39,382 nucleotides of DNA from contig JBDRKP010000005.1 of assembly GCA_043813875.1 (NCBI GenBank), forward strand, positions 1 through 39,382, given 5' to 3'. The notes beneath the pieces were generated by a model that saw only the letters and a program-made list of their open reading frames with translations, had not been told where the DNA came from and ran no database searches. Position numbers and translations under genes: made by a program. Below are positions 1 through 8,967 of this stretch, piece by piece. The DNA comes from an archaeon. Lineage in GTDB: Archaea > EX4484-52 > B79-G9. The first letter of the stretch is position 1. Each line of letters opens with the position of its first letter.

Positions 1-629
1 TCTACCATCCTGTTTAGCTCAAAGCATTCTGCGTACTTCTTTCTTATCTGGTAGCCCCTGTATCGCGCGCGTGCGATGATGCCTTCCAGGAGATCCGTCC
101 TGTATTTTTCCATCTGCGACCTGTGCAGGGCAATAGCTTGCATCTTTTTGTCCTGCTGGCCTGTTATGTCGATGTATACCTGCGGATTGAAGCCGGATGT
201 GCAGGATGAATGCGGTATCCCTTCTTCCCACATGAGCACCCTGTCGACGCATCTTGCTGCCGCCAGGACGGACAGGCTGACGCGCCAGTGGTCCTGGTTG
301 GTGTGGCCGTGCCAGTGAGTGTATACAATGTCTGCTTTGTGCCTGTTTATGATCGATTCCAGCTCTGAGACAATCCGGTGGTTATGCGGTATGTCGAGTG
401 CTTTGTAGCCGAGGATGTATAGTTCTGCCCCGATGAGTTCTGCTGCGCTTTTCGCTTCGATCGTGGCGTTCTCTTTGCTCCTGATCGTCTCGTTTTCGTG
501 GTTGACTGTGGCGCCGTCTGATACTGAGATCATGACCACTTCATCGCCCCTTTCAATATGCTTTACCAGGGTACCTGCGCAGTTGAATTCGATATCGTCA
601 GGATGTGCCCCTATTGCAATTACATTCAT
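1..629 (-). CDS. PIG-L/LmbE-family N-acetyl sugar deacetylase (3' end runs off the window)
   Basis: Not in the ORF track. Manual translation from ATG at 629 gives MNVIAIGAHPDDIEFNCAGTL...YTHWHGHTNQDH...HRSQ...YAECFE, with the AHPDD and QDH (HxDH-like) metal motifs. The frame is open to the window edge. Confidence 0.9.
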   Translation of the reverse strand, partial: MNVIAIGAHPDDIEFNCAGTLVKHIERGDEVVMISVSDGATVNHENETIRSKENATIEAKSAAELIGAELYILGYKALDIPHNHRIVSELESIINRHKADIVYTHWHGHTNQDHWRVSLSVLAAARCVDRVLMWEEGIPHSSCTSGFNPQVYIDITGQQDKKMQAIALHRSQMEKYRTDLLEGIIARARYRGYQIRKKYAECFELNRMV

Positions 630-1575
630 TCAAACACCTCTTGTTGTAGTCTATGGTTTTCTTTAATCCCGACTGTATGTCATGTACCGGTTTCCAGCTG
701 AGGGCTTCCTTTATCTTTGCGCTATCGCTTAATTTGTTTTCGATGTCTGTCGGGCGCCTTATCGGAACATGAGCGATAACTGATCCTGAGCCTGTGAGAT
801 CTATTATCTTTTTTGCGATGTCTATAATCTTTATGTTTTCCCCGGAGCCGACATTGTACACGCCTTCGCATGCGCTTTCTGTGAGCCTTATCGTGGCGTC
901 GACGGCATCGTCTATGTACATGAAGTCGCGGGTCTGGTCGCCGTGGCCGTATATCCTTACAGGCTCGTTGCTCAATGCCTGCTCTATCATGTGGGGGATG
1001 ACGTAGCCGTTCAGGCTTTGCTGTCTGCCGTAGACATTGAAGTAACGCACTATCACACAGCTGATCCTGCCGCTTGAGATGTATTCGCTGCACATCTTCT
1101 CGCATTCCAGCTTTGCCCTGCCGTAGTCTGTGTTGGGTGTTATCTCGTGGCTCTCTTTCATGGGCAGTTGTGATGTATCGTATCTGCCATAGCATTCTGA
1201 GGATGATGCCAGGAAGAAGCGCTTTACGCCGAAAGATGCGCATCTTTCAAGGAGGATCCTTGTGCCGTTGACTTCGACGTCCCATGTATCTATGGGCATC
1301 GCAAGTACCCTGTCGACACCGACGACCGCTGCCATGTGGTATACTGTGCATGTGCCGGGAAGTATGCTGTCCAGTATCTTTTCGTCTCTTATGTCACCTG
1401 TCACTATATCCAGGATGTTGCCGTTTGTGTCCAGTGACAAGAGGTTCTCTTTTTTTCCTGTCGAGAAATCATCAAGCACTGTTATTTCGATGCCCTCGTT
1501 TGATGACAGGAGCTTTTCTACAAGGTGCCTGCCGATGAAGCCTGCGCCGCCGGTGATCAATATCTTTGTATTCAT
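598..1575 (-). CDS. NAD-dependent nucleotide-sugar epimerase/dehydratase (extended SDR)
   Basis: TGGAGFIG, SSSECYG, YGRAK (YxxxK), RYFNVYG, GDQTRDF. ATG at 1575 overlaps the upstream stop (ATGA). Confidence 0.93.
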   Translation of the reverse strand: MNTKILITGGAGFIGRHLVEKLLSSNEGIEITVLDDFSTGKKENLLSLDTNGNILDIVTGDIRDEKILDSILPGTCTVYHMAAVVGVDRVLAMPIDTWDVEVNGTRILLERCASFGVKRFFLASSSECYGRYDTSQLPMKESHEITPNTDYGRAKLECEKMCSEYISSGRISCVIVRYFNVYGRQQSLNGYVIPHMIEQALSNEPVRIYGHGDQTRDFMYIDDAVDATIRLTESACEGVYNVGSGENIKIIDIAKKIIDLTGSGSVIAHVPIRRPTDIENKLSDSAKIKEALSWKPVHDIQSGLKKTIDYNKRCLNECNCNRGTS

Positions 1576-2864
1576 TTCCTCCAATTCCTCCTTTTGAGCA
1601 CCAAGTCGATCATGAATTGAACTGTAACGTAAATATCAAGGAAGAGGTTCATTATGCGCAGCGGCAGTGTCACAAGGCATATCTTCAGGAAATGCATTTT
1701 CGGCATCTTCGGGGCTGACAGGCGCAGGATGACCATGTATGCAAAATATTCTATCATGAGAGTGAGGAGGGCGTACCAGTAGTCGAAGAATACCAGGTAT
1801 GCGAGTGCCAGCGGATATGTGATCTTTTCTATTATCGGCATAAGGATTATCCAGCCGATTGCCGGTTTTTCGTTCTTCTTTTTCAGCGAGAAAGTCATGT
1901 CTTTGAAATAATAGGCGCTCTGGAGAAATGATGATGTCCATAGGTAGAGCTGTCGCGGCAGCCTGTCCACGCGGGGTTCTGCGCTTATCATTTTCGCGTC
2001 AGCTACCTGGATGTTCGTGTAGCCCCTGTCCACTATGGAGAAGCCGATGAAGATGTCTTCCGAGTTTGTCAGGTTGTCGCCCAGGGTCGATTCGTAGCTG
2101 TCGAAGATGCTTTTCAGCAGTTTCCTGTCATACAGCACGCCGCAGCCGATGGGGAAAAGGGTTGTCCCGTAGATACGCAGAGCGCTGTCTTTTGAGAAGT
2201 ACTGGTCCGTAAGGTATAGTGCCTCCCTGTATCTTTCGACAGGCCAGCGAAGAAGATAGTATTGCGCTTTTTCAAGAGGGCGCATCCTTGCTTTCTCTTT
2301 CGCATATAATAGCAGATCCCTTGCATCGTAATAATGCTGGAGGAGGAGCATCTTGAAGAGTGTCTTTATCTGCTCTTTTTTTGAGAATGGACTTACTGTG
2401 CCATAAGAGCTTCCTGTCGTGTTGTCTGAGTGAGGCCTCACGATCTTTTCGATGTAGTGCGGGTCCGACAGGAGTGTGTCTGCATCGAGAACCAATATTT
2501 TGTCTGTTGTCGCTTTTCTTGTGATGAATTTTACTCCCGGGGTTTTTCCGATTGATTTTTTGTTCCGGTATAATTTTATGTTGATTTTTTTTGTCAGCAG
2601 GTGCATTTTCTCTACTATCTCTACTGTGTTGTCAGTTGAGCCGTCGTCGATGACGTAGACTTTTTCAACGGGATAGGTCTGCATCTCAAGTGACGCCAGT
2701 GCGTATTGTATGCGCCGGCCTTCATTTTTTGCAGGTATCACTACGCTGACGGTCGGCCTGTAGCCGACTCTCGTTGGGATCACAAATGGTTTTTTTTTAA
2801 GTTTGGCATATGCGCCTAAGACCACCTGCGAGCCTATGACAGGTACGATTATCGGCATACCCAT
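1572..2864 (-). CDS. Membrane-bound GT2 glycosyltransferase of processive synthase type
   Basis: IPAKNE, DDGS, DAD, SED and RQLYLW at the QxxRW position; hydrophobic C-terminal helices. Confidence 0.88.
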   Translation of the reverse strand: MGMPIIVPVIGSQVVLGAYAKLKKKPFVIPTRVGYRPTVSVVIPAKNEGRRIQYALASLEMQTYPVEKVYVIDDGSTDNTVEIVEKMHLLTKKINIKLYRNKKSIGKTPGVKFITRKATTDKILVLDADTLLSDPHYIEKIVRPHSDNTTGSSYGTVSPFSKKEQIKTLFKMLLLQHYYDARDLLLYAKEKARMRPLEKAQYYLLRWPVERYREALYLTDQYFSKDSALRIYGTTLFPIGCGVLYDRKLLKSIFDSYESTLGDNLTNSEDIFIGFSIVDRGYTNIQVADAKMISAEPRVDRLPRQLYLWTSSFLQSAYYFKDMTFSLKKKNEKPAIGWIILMPIIEKITYPLALAYLVFFDYWYALLTLMIEYFAYMVILRLSAPKMPKMHFLKICLVTLPLRIMNLFLDIYVTVQFMIDLVLKRRNWRK

Positions 2865-2865
2865 T

Positions 2866-4191
2866 TTACCGCCCTATTCCTGCATATTTTATGTCCTGTT
2901 CGAGAAACCGCAACTTGTCGAATACATTACGGCCATCGATAAGCGATGCATTAGGAGCCAGTCTTTTCATGTCGCTGGCAGACAGTTTCATGATATCTTT
3001 ATGCGGCGTTGCAACGATCACCAGTTCAGCGTCTTTTATCGTGTTTTCAAAGCTGTCTGTCTTTATCCAGCCGACGTTCTTCACATGCGGATCATAGCCG
3101 GTCATGTTTGTGTAGCCCATCTTTGCCATCTCTTCGACGAGCGCTTTCACTGGCGTGTTTCGCGTGTCGGAGGTGTCGCTCTTGTAGCTGAGGCCCAAAA
3201 TCGCGATTTTAGAGCCGTTCGGCTTTTTGTTCATGAGGAATCTTGCCTTTCTTGCGGTGTATAGCGGCATCTCGTCGTTGATCTTCCTTGCTGTCTTTAT
3301 CAGATCTGATGTGAGGCCTCTTTTTTCGATCTCGTGGATCAAAAACCATGGGTCGTCGGGCAGGCAGTGGCCTCCTACACCGCAACCGGGGGATATGTTA
3401 TAGAAATTCCATTTTGTCGCTGCGGCAGCGATGACATTTTTTATGTCTACGCCGAATATGTCGCATATTTTTGCGAATTCGTTCATCAGGGCGATGTTTA
3501 TGTCGCGCTGGGTGTTCTCCAGCAGTTTGGTCAGTTCCGCTTCTGTTATTGTCGGTGTCGTGTGTACGGATGGCACGATCCTGCTGTATATGAGTGCGCA
3601 TACGGCGGCGCTTGTGTCATCTATGCCGCTTACGACTTTCGGGACCAACTCGATCCTGTGCTCATCGTCGCCGGGGTTTACGCGTTCCGGTGAATACCCG
3701 AGGCCGAAGTCAACTTTCACTTCCAGGCCGGATGTCAATTCTATGGTCTTCCTGAACATGCCTTCGGTTATGCCGGGGCCAAGCGTTGATTCAAGTATGA
3801 CCAGGCTGCCTTTTTTCAGATTTCTGCCGACATTTTTTGCCGATGACTCGATGTAGTCGTAGATCGGTTTCCTGGTCACCGGGTCGGCCGGTGTCGGCAC
3901 TGCGACGATTATTATGTCGTGGAGCCCTGCATCATCGACTTGTGTTGATGCGTGGAATGCCTCTGTATTTTCAAGGATATCGTCTATCCATCCTTCGCCA
4001 TCGAGGTAGTTTTCTTTTTTTTCCAGGCTCTCTATTTTTCTTTTGTCTATGTCGTAGCCATATACTTTGAAGCCTTTTTTTGCGAATGTCATGGCAAGCG
4101 GGAGCCCTACGTAGCCCAGGCCTACGATTGCAATGCTGATGCTTTTATCTTCTATTTTTTTTTCAAATGAAGAAATATCATTCCAACTCAT
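2866..4191 (-). CDS. UDP-N-acetylhexosamine 6-dehydrogenase (WecC/WbpA-like nucleotide-sugar dehydrogenase)
   Basis: GLGYVG, VPTP, ESTLGPG, SPERVNPG, KLLENT, GVGGHC catalytic Cys, LGLSYK. Confidence 0.93.
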   Translation of the reverse strand: MSWNDISSFEKKIEDKSISIAIVGLGYVGLPLAMTFAKKGFKVYGYDIDKRKIESLEKKENYLDGEGWIDDILENTEAFHASTQVDDAGLHDIIIVAVPTPADPVTRKPIYDYIESSAKNVGRNLKKGSLVILESTLGPGITEGMFRKTIELTSGLEVKVDFGLGYSPERVNPGDDEHRIELVPKVVSGIDDTSAAVCALIYSRIVPSVHTTPTITEAELTKLLENTQRDINIALMNEFAKICDIFGVDIKNVIAAAATKWNFYNISPGCGVGGHCLPDDPWFLIHEIEKRGLTSDLIKTARKINDEMPLYTARKARFLMNKKPNGSKIAILGLSYKSDTSDTRNTPVKALVEEMAKMGYTNMTGYDPHVKNVGWIKTDSFENTIKDAELVIVATPHKDIMKLSASDMKRLAPNASLIDGRNVFDKLRFLEQDIKYAGIGR

Positions 4192-4493
4192 ATGGCCCCG
4201 TCCTCGTGTTCCTATTGTGTGTGTGTTTTTTGTTTTATTACTGCTGGGTTATTGCCTCGAAATACTTATAAAGTCCGGTTGTTCCAAGAAGAAAAATGAT
4301 AACGGATTTATAATGTGTGGAGGGATTTTGGGCATGCCAAGACCGTTCTCTAATTATTTTTTGCCTGGATAATATGAGATTGTTCCATATCATGGTTTAC
4401 AACTGAGACTGCAAGAGAAATATAGCCGTCATCTGTGAAAAAACAGGGCGTGAATTTAGGGCCGTGAGAATATCGATTGTCTTTAGGAAGATT

Positions 4494-4586
4494 TAAAAAA
4501 TCATGAAATTTAGATGCAATTGGAGAATTTCAAGCTTTTTTATTGTCAAGATGTGCTTTATACACAATAAAAAATCATGAAATTTA
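4494..4586 (+). repeat. Hairpin-chain element copy F (TCATG-hairpin-CAAGC-hairpin-TCATG)
   Basis: 19-bp direct repeat TAAAAAATCATGAAATTTA at 4494 and 4568; perfect 11-bp stem TTTTTTATTGT (4536-4546)/ACAATAAAAAA (4564-4574); 4496-4540 aligns without gaps to the reverse complement of 19216-19260. Confidence 0.8.
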
Positions 4587-4622
4587 ATCGGAGTATCGGT
4601 TAGATTACTTATTGGTGATGAT

Positions 4623-5783
4623 ATGATGCGGTCTGATATGACTGAATATGAATCGGCGTGCTCTAAAATTATCTCCTCAGAGCCATTCAACAGACTGGCT
4701 GGATACGCACAAACATCAATAACCCACTATCTGGTGCCTTTTGCTGCCAATGGAGCGCCACTCGGGGACAATATCCATCGCGTGAACAGGAAGGAACATT
4801 CAATATGCACATACCTATTAGTGAATAAGTTCTTTGAATATCATCCGGAATTGAAAGGAGAGGATTGTGAAGCGCCAGTAATATTTGCAGCATTGTGCCA
4901 TGATATTGGAGTGGTGGCTGCATCGCACTATAATGATCCTAACTTGCCGCTGCTGACCGGGATAGAAAATCACGAGCAACGTGCCAGAATAATTATGCAG
5001 GATACTAAAATCAAAGACATGATAGCTGATTTCTGCAGAGTAGATGACGTGGCGAGGATCATAGAAGGAAGAGATGCAGGCATTGGATGTATTGTCAATA
5101 ACGGCAATCATGCGGTTCCTGACGCTGACAGCATCCATAATCTGATGATGTACATTGCGGCGTATGTCAACATGGACGGTCAGAGGCTGCCTGATCCGAT
5201 AAAACTGGTTGAGCATGCCATGCCGGAGAATGGGGTGCTGTCGCTTGATGATTGCGCCAAGCCGGAGTATGATGCATATAATCAGTGCCGGAAGACAATG
5301 TATGGTGAAATACACGGCGAATGGCATACATCTGTAGCAAGCATACTGACTTACTCACTCGGCCACATGATTGCAGACAAAGGAAAAAGGACGCTCATTG
5401 ATGACGGATTCCTGGATTTCGTGGATAAAGAGCTGATAGATTATCTGAAGACGGATCCACTTCTTTGTGAATTGATCGGCAGGACACAAAAAGGCATCTT
5501 GCCGGTCTCTATCGCAGAAGCAGAAACATCCACGCCTTCAGGATACTTAATGACAATACACAGGAACTTACCTGAACGATATAAATATTCAAACAACATT
5601 GCGAAGGAACTGGGAGGTAATTTTAAACCAGGGGATATCACTGTGGAAGTATCTAAATTAAAATCCAGAAGAGGGATGGGTGACAGATACAGCATCCGTG
5701 TATTTGCCGATCCGCGTAGAATTTGGGATTTCAATGCATCGAAAAGGGATGTAATAGATTTTGAAGATATCAATAAAATATGA
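4623..5783 (+). CDS. HD-superfamily phosphohydrolase, divergent SAMHD1/YdhJ-like dNTPase type
   Basis: Motif order R-x-EHS...ALCHDIG...SH...HE...DAD; GGTGA 4 nt before the ATG. Confidence 0.7.
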   Translation: MMRSDMTEYESACSKIISSEPFNRLAGYAQTSITHYLVPFAANGAPLGDNIHRVNRKEHSICTYLLVNKFFEYHPELKGEDCEAPVIFAALCHDIGVVAASHYNDPNLPLLTGIENHEQRARIIMQDTKIKDMIADFCRVDDVARIIEGRDAGIGCIVNNGNHAVPDADSIHNLMMYIAAYVNMDGQRLPDPIKLVEHAMPENGVLSLDDCAKPEYDAYNQCRKTMYGEIHGEWHTSVASILTYSLGHMIADKGKRTLIDDGFLDFVDKELIDYLKTDPLLCELIGRTQKGILPVSIAEAETSTPSGYLMTIHRNLPERYKYSNNIAKELGGNFKPGDITVEVSKLKSRRGMGDRYSIRVFADPRRIWDFNASKRDVIDFEDINKI

Positions 5784-5792
5784 TTTTGTCGC

Positions 5793-5816
5793 CTGACTTG
5801 AACCGGTTCAAGACAG
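5793..5816. promoter_or_regulatory. Perfect 16-bp palindrome (operator or terminator candidate)
   Basis: CTTGAACCGGTTCAAG at 5797-5812, extended by CTG/CAG after one mismatch. Confidence 0.45.
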
Positions 5817-5906
5817 AAGAACCGATACTGTGCATCAGAGATGCTTCAATCCTTTTGGGGTGCACTCCAGTCCAGGTTTATAATATCTGTTTGCCATGAG
5901 ATAATC

Positions 5907-6524
5907 ATGGAGCCTGATCTAGTGGCCAAGTGCGACAGGTGCGGTGATTGCTGCCGGACGCAGAAGATACCATTCAATCTTGCCGACATATTTGGCATCA
6001 GTGCTCACTTAAAGATGGCCCCGGATGATTTTGTTGAGCGGTATCTTGAGCTCATCGCCGATAAGGAAGGAGAGCTGGCCTATGTCATAAAAGAGAAGCT
6101 GTGCCCTTTCCTTATCGATAATCTCTGCTCGGTTGAGGAAATAAAGCCCACTGTGTGCAGGACGACGCCATGCCCTAAAAATGAGGGCTACAGGGAATTT
6201 TCCAGGAAATATGGCGCCATGACTCTACAGTTCCTGCAGAACAGCGCTTCTGTGATGATAACACACGGACTTAATGTCGAGTATACGCAGGATTATCTTG
6301 AAAGACATAAAAAGTTTGATGAACATTCTGCTATGGAATACAGGCAGAAAATCGAGGCTGACCTGAAAAATAAACTGCTTTCGTGGATGCTGCTTAAAAA
6401 TATGGTCGCTGTCGGGGTGCATCCCAAATACCATGCAATCATTCTTGATAAATTAAAACGCAAGGGCATTATAGTAAACGCCATAACTTTTTCATGGAAA
6501 TTCTTCGAATTTCCAAGCTTTTGA
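5907..6524 (+). CDS. YkgJ/FliB-family cysteine-cluster (CxxCxxCC) protein
   Basis: CDRCGDCC...CPFL...C...KPTVCRTTP. Start placed at ATG 5907, downstream of a TTTATAA box. Confidence 0.82.
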   Translation: MEPDLVAKCDRCGDCCRTQKIPFNLADIFGISAHLKMAPDDFVERYLELIADKEGELAYVIKEKLCPFLIDNLCSVEEIKPTVCRTTPCPKNEGYREFSRKYGAMTLQFLQNSASVMITHGLNVEYTQDYLERHKKFDEHSAMEYRQKIEADLKNKLLSWMLLKNMVAVGVHPKYHAIILDKLKRKGIIVNAITFSWKFFEFPSF

Positions 6525-6776
6525 ACCGAACCATATTTTTAATGGTTCAAAATCGTGCCAAGCTTTTGAGACAAGCTCAAAATAGACAAATGGCGTTTCC
6601 ATATCCTTAAAAATCGATGATTTTTAGGATTTTGAAAATTTGTATCAAATTTCCAATTTTCGAAATTCGAAATGGGTGAACATTTCGAAAATCCTATGAA
6701 TCGAAGATTCATAAGGATAGTTGACACCTCTTGGTTTTTGGCATAGTTTGTCCATTTATTAACGATGTCAACTATA
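6470..6776 (+). repeat. Modular hairpin element copy A (307 bp, largest copy)
   Basis: TATAGT, stem AAACGCCAT/ATGGCGTTT enclosing TCRTG/CAAGC modules, CCAT, two ATCCT..AGGAT hairpins, then ATAGTTGACA/TGTCAACTAT, ending in ACTATA. Confidence 0.85.
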
Positions 6777-6837
6777 ATTATATATAGTCCAGTTTAACAT
6801 AAAGTATGTTAATGGGTTCTAAAAAAGTGGCGGTTGA

Positions 6838-8193
6838 ATGAGCAAAATTCCGGATAAATCCAAGGGTTCAGATGTCAAAGACAGCGTGAAGAAGATACCC
6901 AAGCCTACGAAAAAGGCGGACAAGAAAGAAGAGGCGAAGCCGGCCGATGCTTCATTGGACACCAAAGCCGAGGACAAAAGGCCAGAGATGTCTCCTGAGC
7001 AGAAGAAAGAGCAGGAAGAAAGGTTCAAAATCGCCCAGAAGTTCACGAAGTCTCTTATAGAGAAATTCAAGCGCAGCGTCAAAGCAGTCGTTGTCTATGG
7101 ATCGACTGCCACCGGGAAGCATAAGACGACATCTGATATCGATGTTTTTGTGATCATGGATGACACCAAAATCGAGCAGGAGATCCCGCAGGAAGTCAAA
7201 GACCGCATATGGAATGAGATGCTGAAGATCGCAAAAGATACTGATTCCAACATCACTTTGCAGGCGTTCATGTTCATCACTGAATTCTGGGAGAATCTTC
7301 GGACTGCCGAGCCGGTCCTTATCGCGATATTGCGTTCAGGTGTGCCTGTCTTTGATGTAGGCATATTCATGCCGGCAAAGAGGATGCTGCAGCGCGGCAA
7401 GATTCCGACCACGCAGGAGGCGGTGCAGAAAAAGATTTCTGCTGCTCCACAGTTTGTCGAATATGCGGAGTCAAGGGTCAAGTCTGCGGGGCATTATCTT
7501 GAGCAGGCGATGGCGACGGCAGGGAATGCCGTGCTGATGTATATCGGCCGGATGCCGCAGAATAAGGAGGATGTCCCGAGCGCATTAGAGGAATCTTTTG
7601 TGAGGGAGAAGCTTCTTGAGGAGCGCTATGTGCACGATGCTGAGAGCATCCGCAAATTCGCAAAGGAGGTCGAGCATAAGACCGGTGAGGATCTCGTCGG
7701 TGTGGGCGCTGAAGTCGATAAGTATCTCAAGCTCACTAATGAGTTTGTCAAGAGGATGGCTGACCTTATAAAAGAGCTTGAGCAGAGGCGAAAGTCGAGC
7801 GTGCTGATGAAGACTTATAAGACGTTCCTCAAGGCGAATGTGGGTGCGCTAAAATATATCGGCGTCAATCCGCCTGAATCGCTGAATGATCTGCCGCAGG
7901 TCATGAATAATAATTTCCCTGATCTCAAAGATAGTTATGCTGATCTTTTCAGCAATCTCACCCGGAATCTCACATTGATAAAAAAAGGCAAGGCTGAGGC
8001 GATACCTGAGCGTGATGTCTATCAGCTTAGAGAGCAGACAAAGTCGTTTGTGATCATGCTTGGCAAGAAGCTTAAAGACATGAAGGATAAAGGAGAGATC
8101 AGCCCATCTAAAGATTTTAATGTGGATAATGCGGATGACCATCCCACTCTTAACCCGCCTGATGACCAGAAAAAGAAACCCGATTCTGGCTGA
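6838..8193 (+). CDS. Nucleotidyltransferase (Pol beta/MNT fold) with helical HEPN-like C-terminal region
   Basis: YGSTATG...SDIDVFVI (GS...DxD); Lys-rich disordered N-terminus; helical C-terminal half. Confidence 0.8.
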   Translation: MSKIPDKSKGSDVKDSVKKIPKPTKKADKKEEAKPADASLDTKAEDKRPEMSPEQKKEQEERFKIAQKFTKSLIEKFKRSVKAVVVYGSTATGKHKTTSDIDVFVIMDDTKIEQEIPQEVKDRIWNEMLKIAKDTDSNITLQAFMFITEFWENLRTAEPVLIAILRSGVPVFDVGIFMPAKRMLQRGKIPTTQEAVQKKISAAPQFVEYAESRVKSAGHYLEQAMATAGNAVLMYIGRMPQNKEDVPSALEESFVREKLLEERYVHDAESIRKFAKEVEHKTGEDLVGVGAEVDKYLKLTNEFVKRMADLIKELEQRRKSSVLMKTYKTFLKANVGALKYIGVNPPESLNDLPQVMNNNFPDLKDSYADLFSNLTRNLTLIKKGKAEAIPERDVYQLREQTKSFVIMLGKKLKDMKDKGEISPSKDFNVDNADDHPTLNPPDDQKKKPDSG

Positions 8194-8365
8194 GTAGAGC
8201 AGCTAGAGTATGGACTGTGATGAAACGCCTGAAAATGCCTGAATCTTACTGGAATTTCAGCCAAAAACAAGCTCAGATTTATCGATTCTGTCCAGCCGTG
8301 ATTTAACTTTCTGATAGACCTCTAAATATAATTCATCTGCATCTTCTGCATTCATATCATCTGTT

Positions 8366-8800
8366 TCATAGTAAAAAAATCGGTGCAGGTTGTTGCTTAA
8401 AGGAGTCGAATTCGGCCCCTTTAAAATCAGGGTTGTTTAAATTCTCCCGCAATACCAGAAACTCAATTGTATTACGGCTTCCCATCCAGTTTTTTATTGC
8501 ATCTTTAGAAGGAATTGACTGGATTATTCTGAAAAGAGATTTAGTATTAGCGCAATCGGTCATATAATCTTTACTGTCAGAGGACCGTAGTTTCAGTTGT
8601 ATCCAAATTGGGGACAACTCAAGTTGCTTGAATTCCCTGTCTTTTATCTTGCCCCAATATTGGCGGGGTTTCGGACTCTCAGTCAAAACCTCAATAATAT
8701 CAATAACAGAAAAATACCATTCATCATTATGCCAAAGTCTCCTTATATTCTTGCCCTGGAATACAACCAATGCGCTATCTGAATCCATTTTTACACTCAT
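8366..8800 (-). pseudogene. Chimeric remnant: Bro-N domain joined to an internal KilA-N fragment
   Basis: IRRLWHNDEWYFSVIDII...RIIQSIPSK is Bro-N-like and stops abruptly; IKNWMGSRNTIEFL..ENLNNPDFKGAEFDSFK is mid-KilA-N-like. Confidence 0.7.
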
Positions 8801-8967
8801 CAGATAAAATATTGCATGTAATTATATATAGCTTATCAGTATAGCATGCCGATAGAATGCTTTTGCGCATCGGCCTTTATGTCTTTACCCTGCCTTCATA
8901 TTCAATCTGCACCATTGATATCCAAACATCAATAAACTATAAAAAGTCTCGAACATATAGTTGTCCT

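Noticed and set aside
4494..4586. 19-bp direct repeat as a mini-CRISPR array
   Set aside because: Only two short units, the spacer is itself hairpin-forming, and there are no cas genes. Better explained by the linker-hairpin repeat.
6717..6776. ~60-nt terminal hairpins as integron attC sites
   Set aside because: The length is similar, but there are no RYYYAAC/GTTRRRY boxes in the right arrangement, no cassette array and no integrase.
6838..8193. MNT-HEPN toxin-antitoxin call
   Set aside because: A single large protein with no canonical RxxxxH RNase motif and no partner gene.
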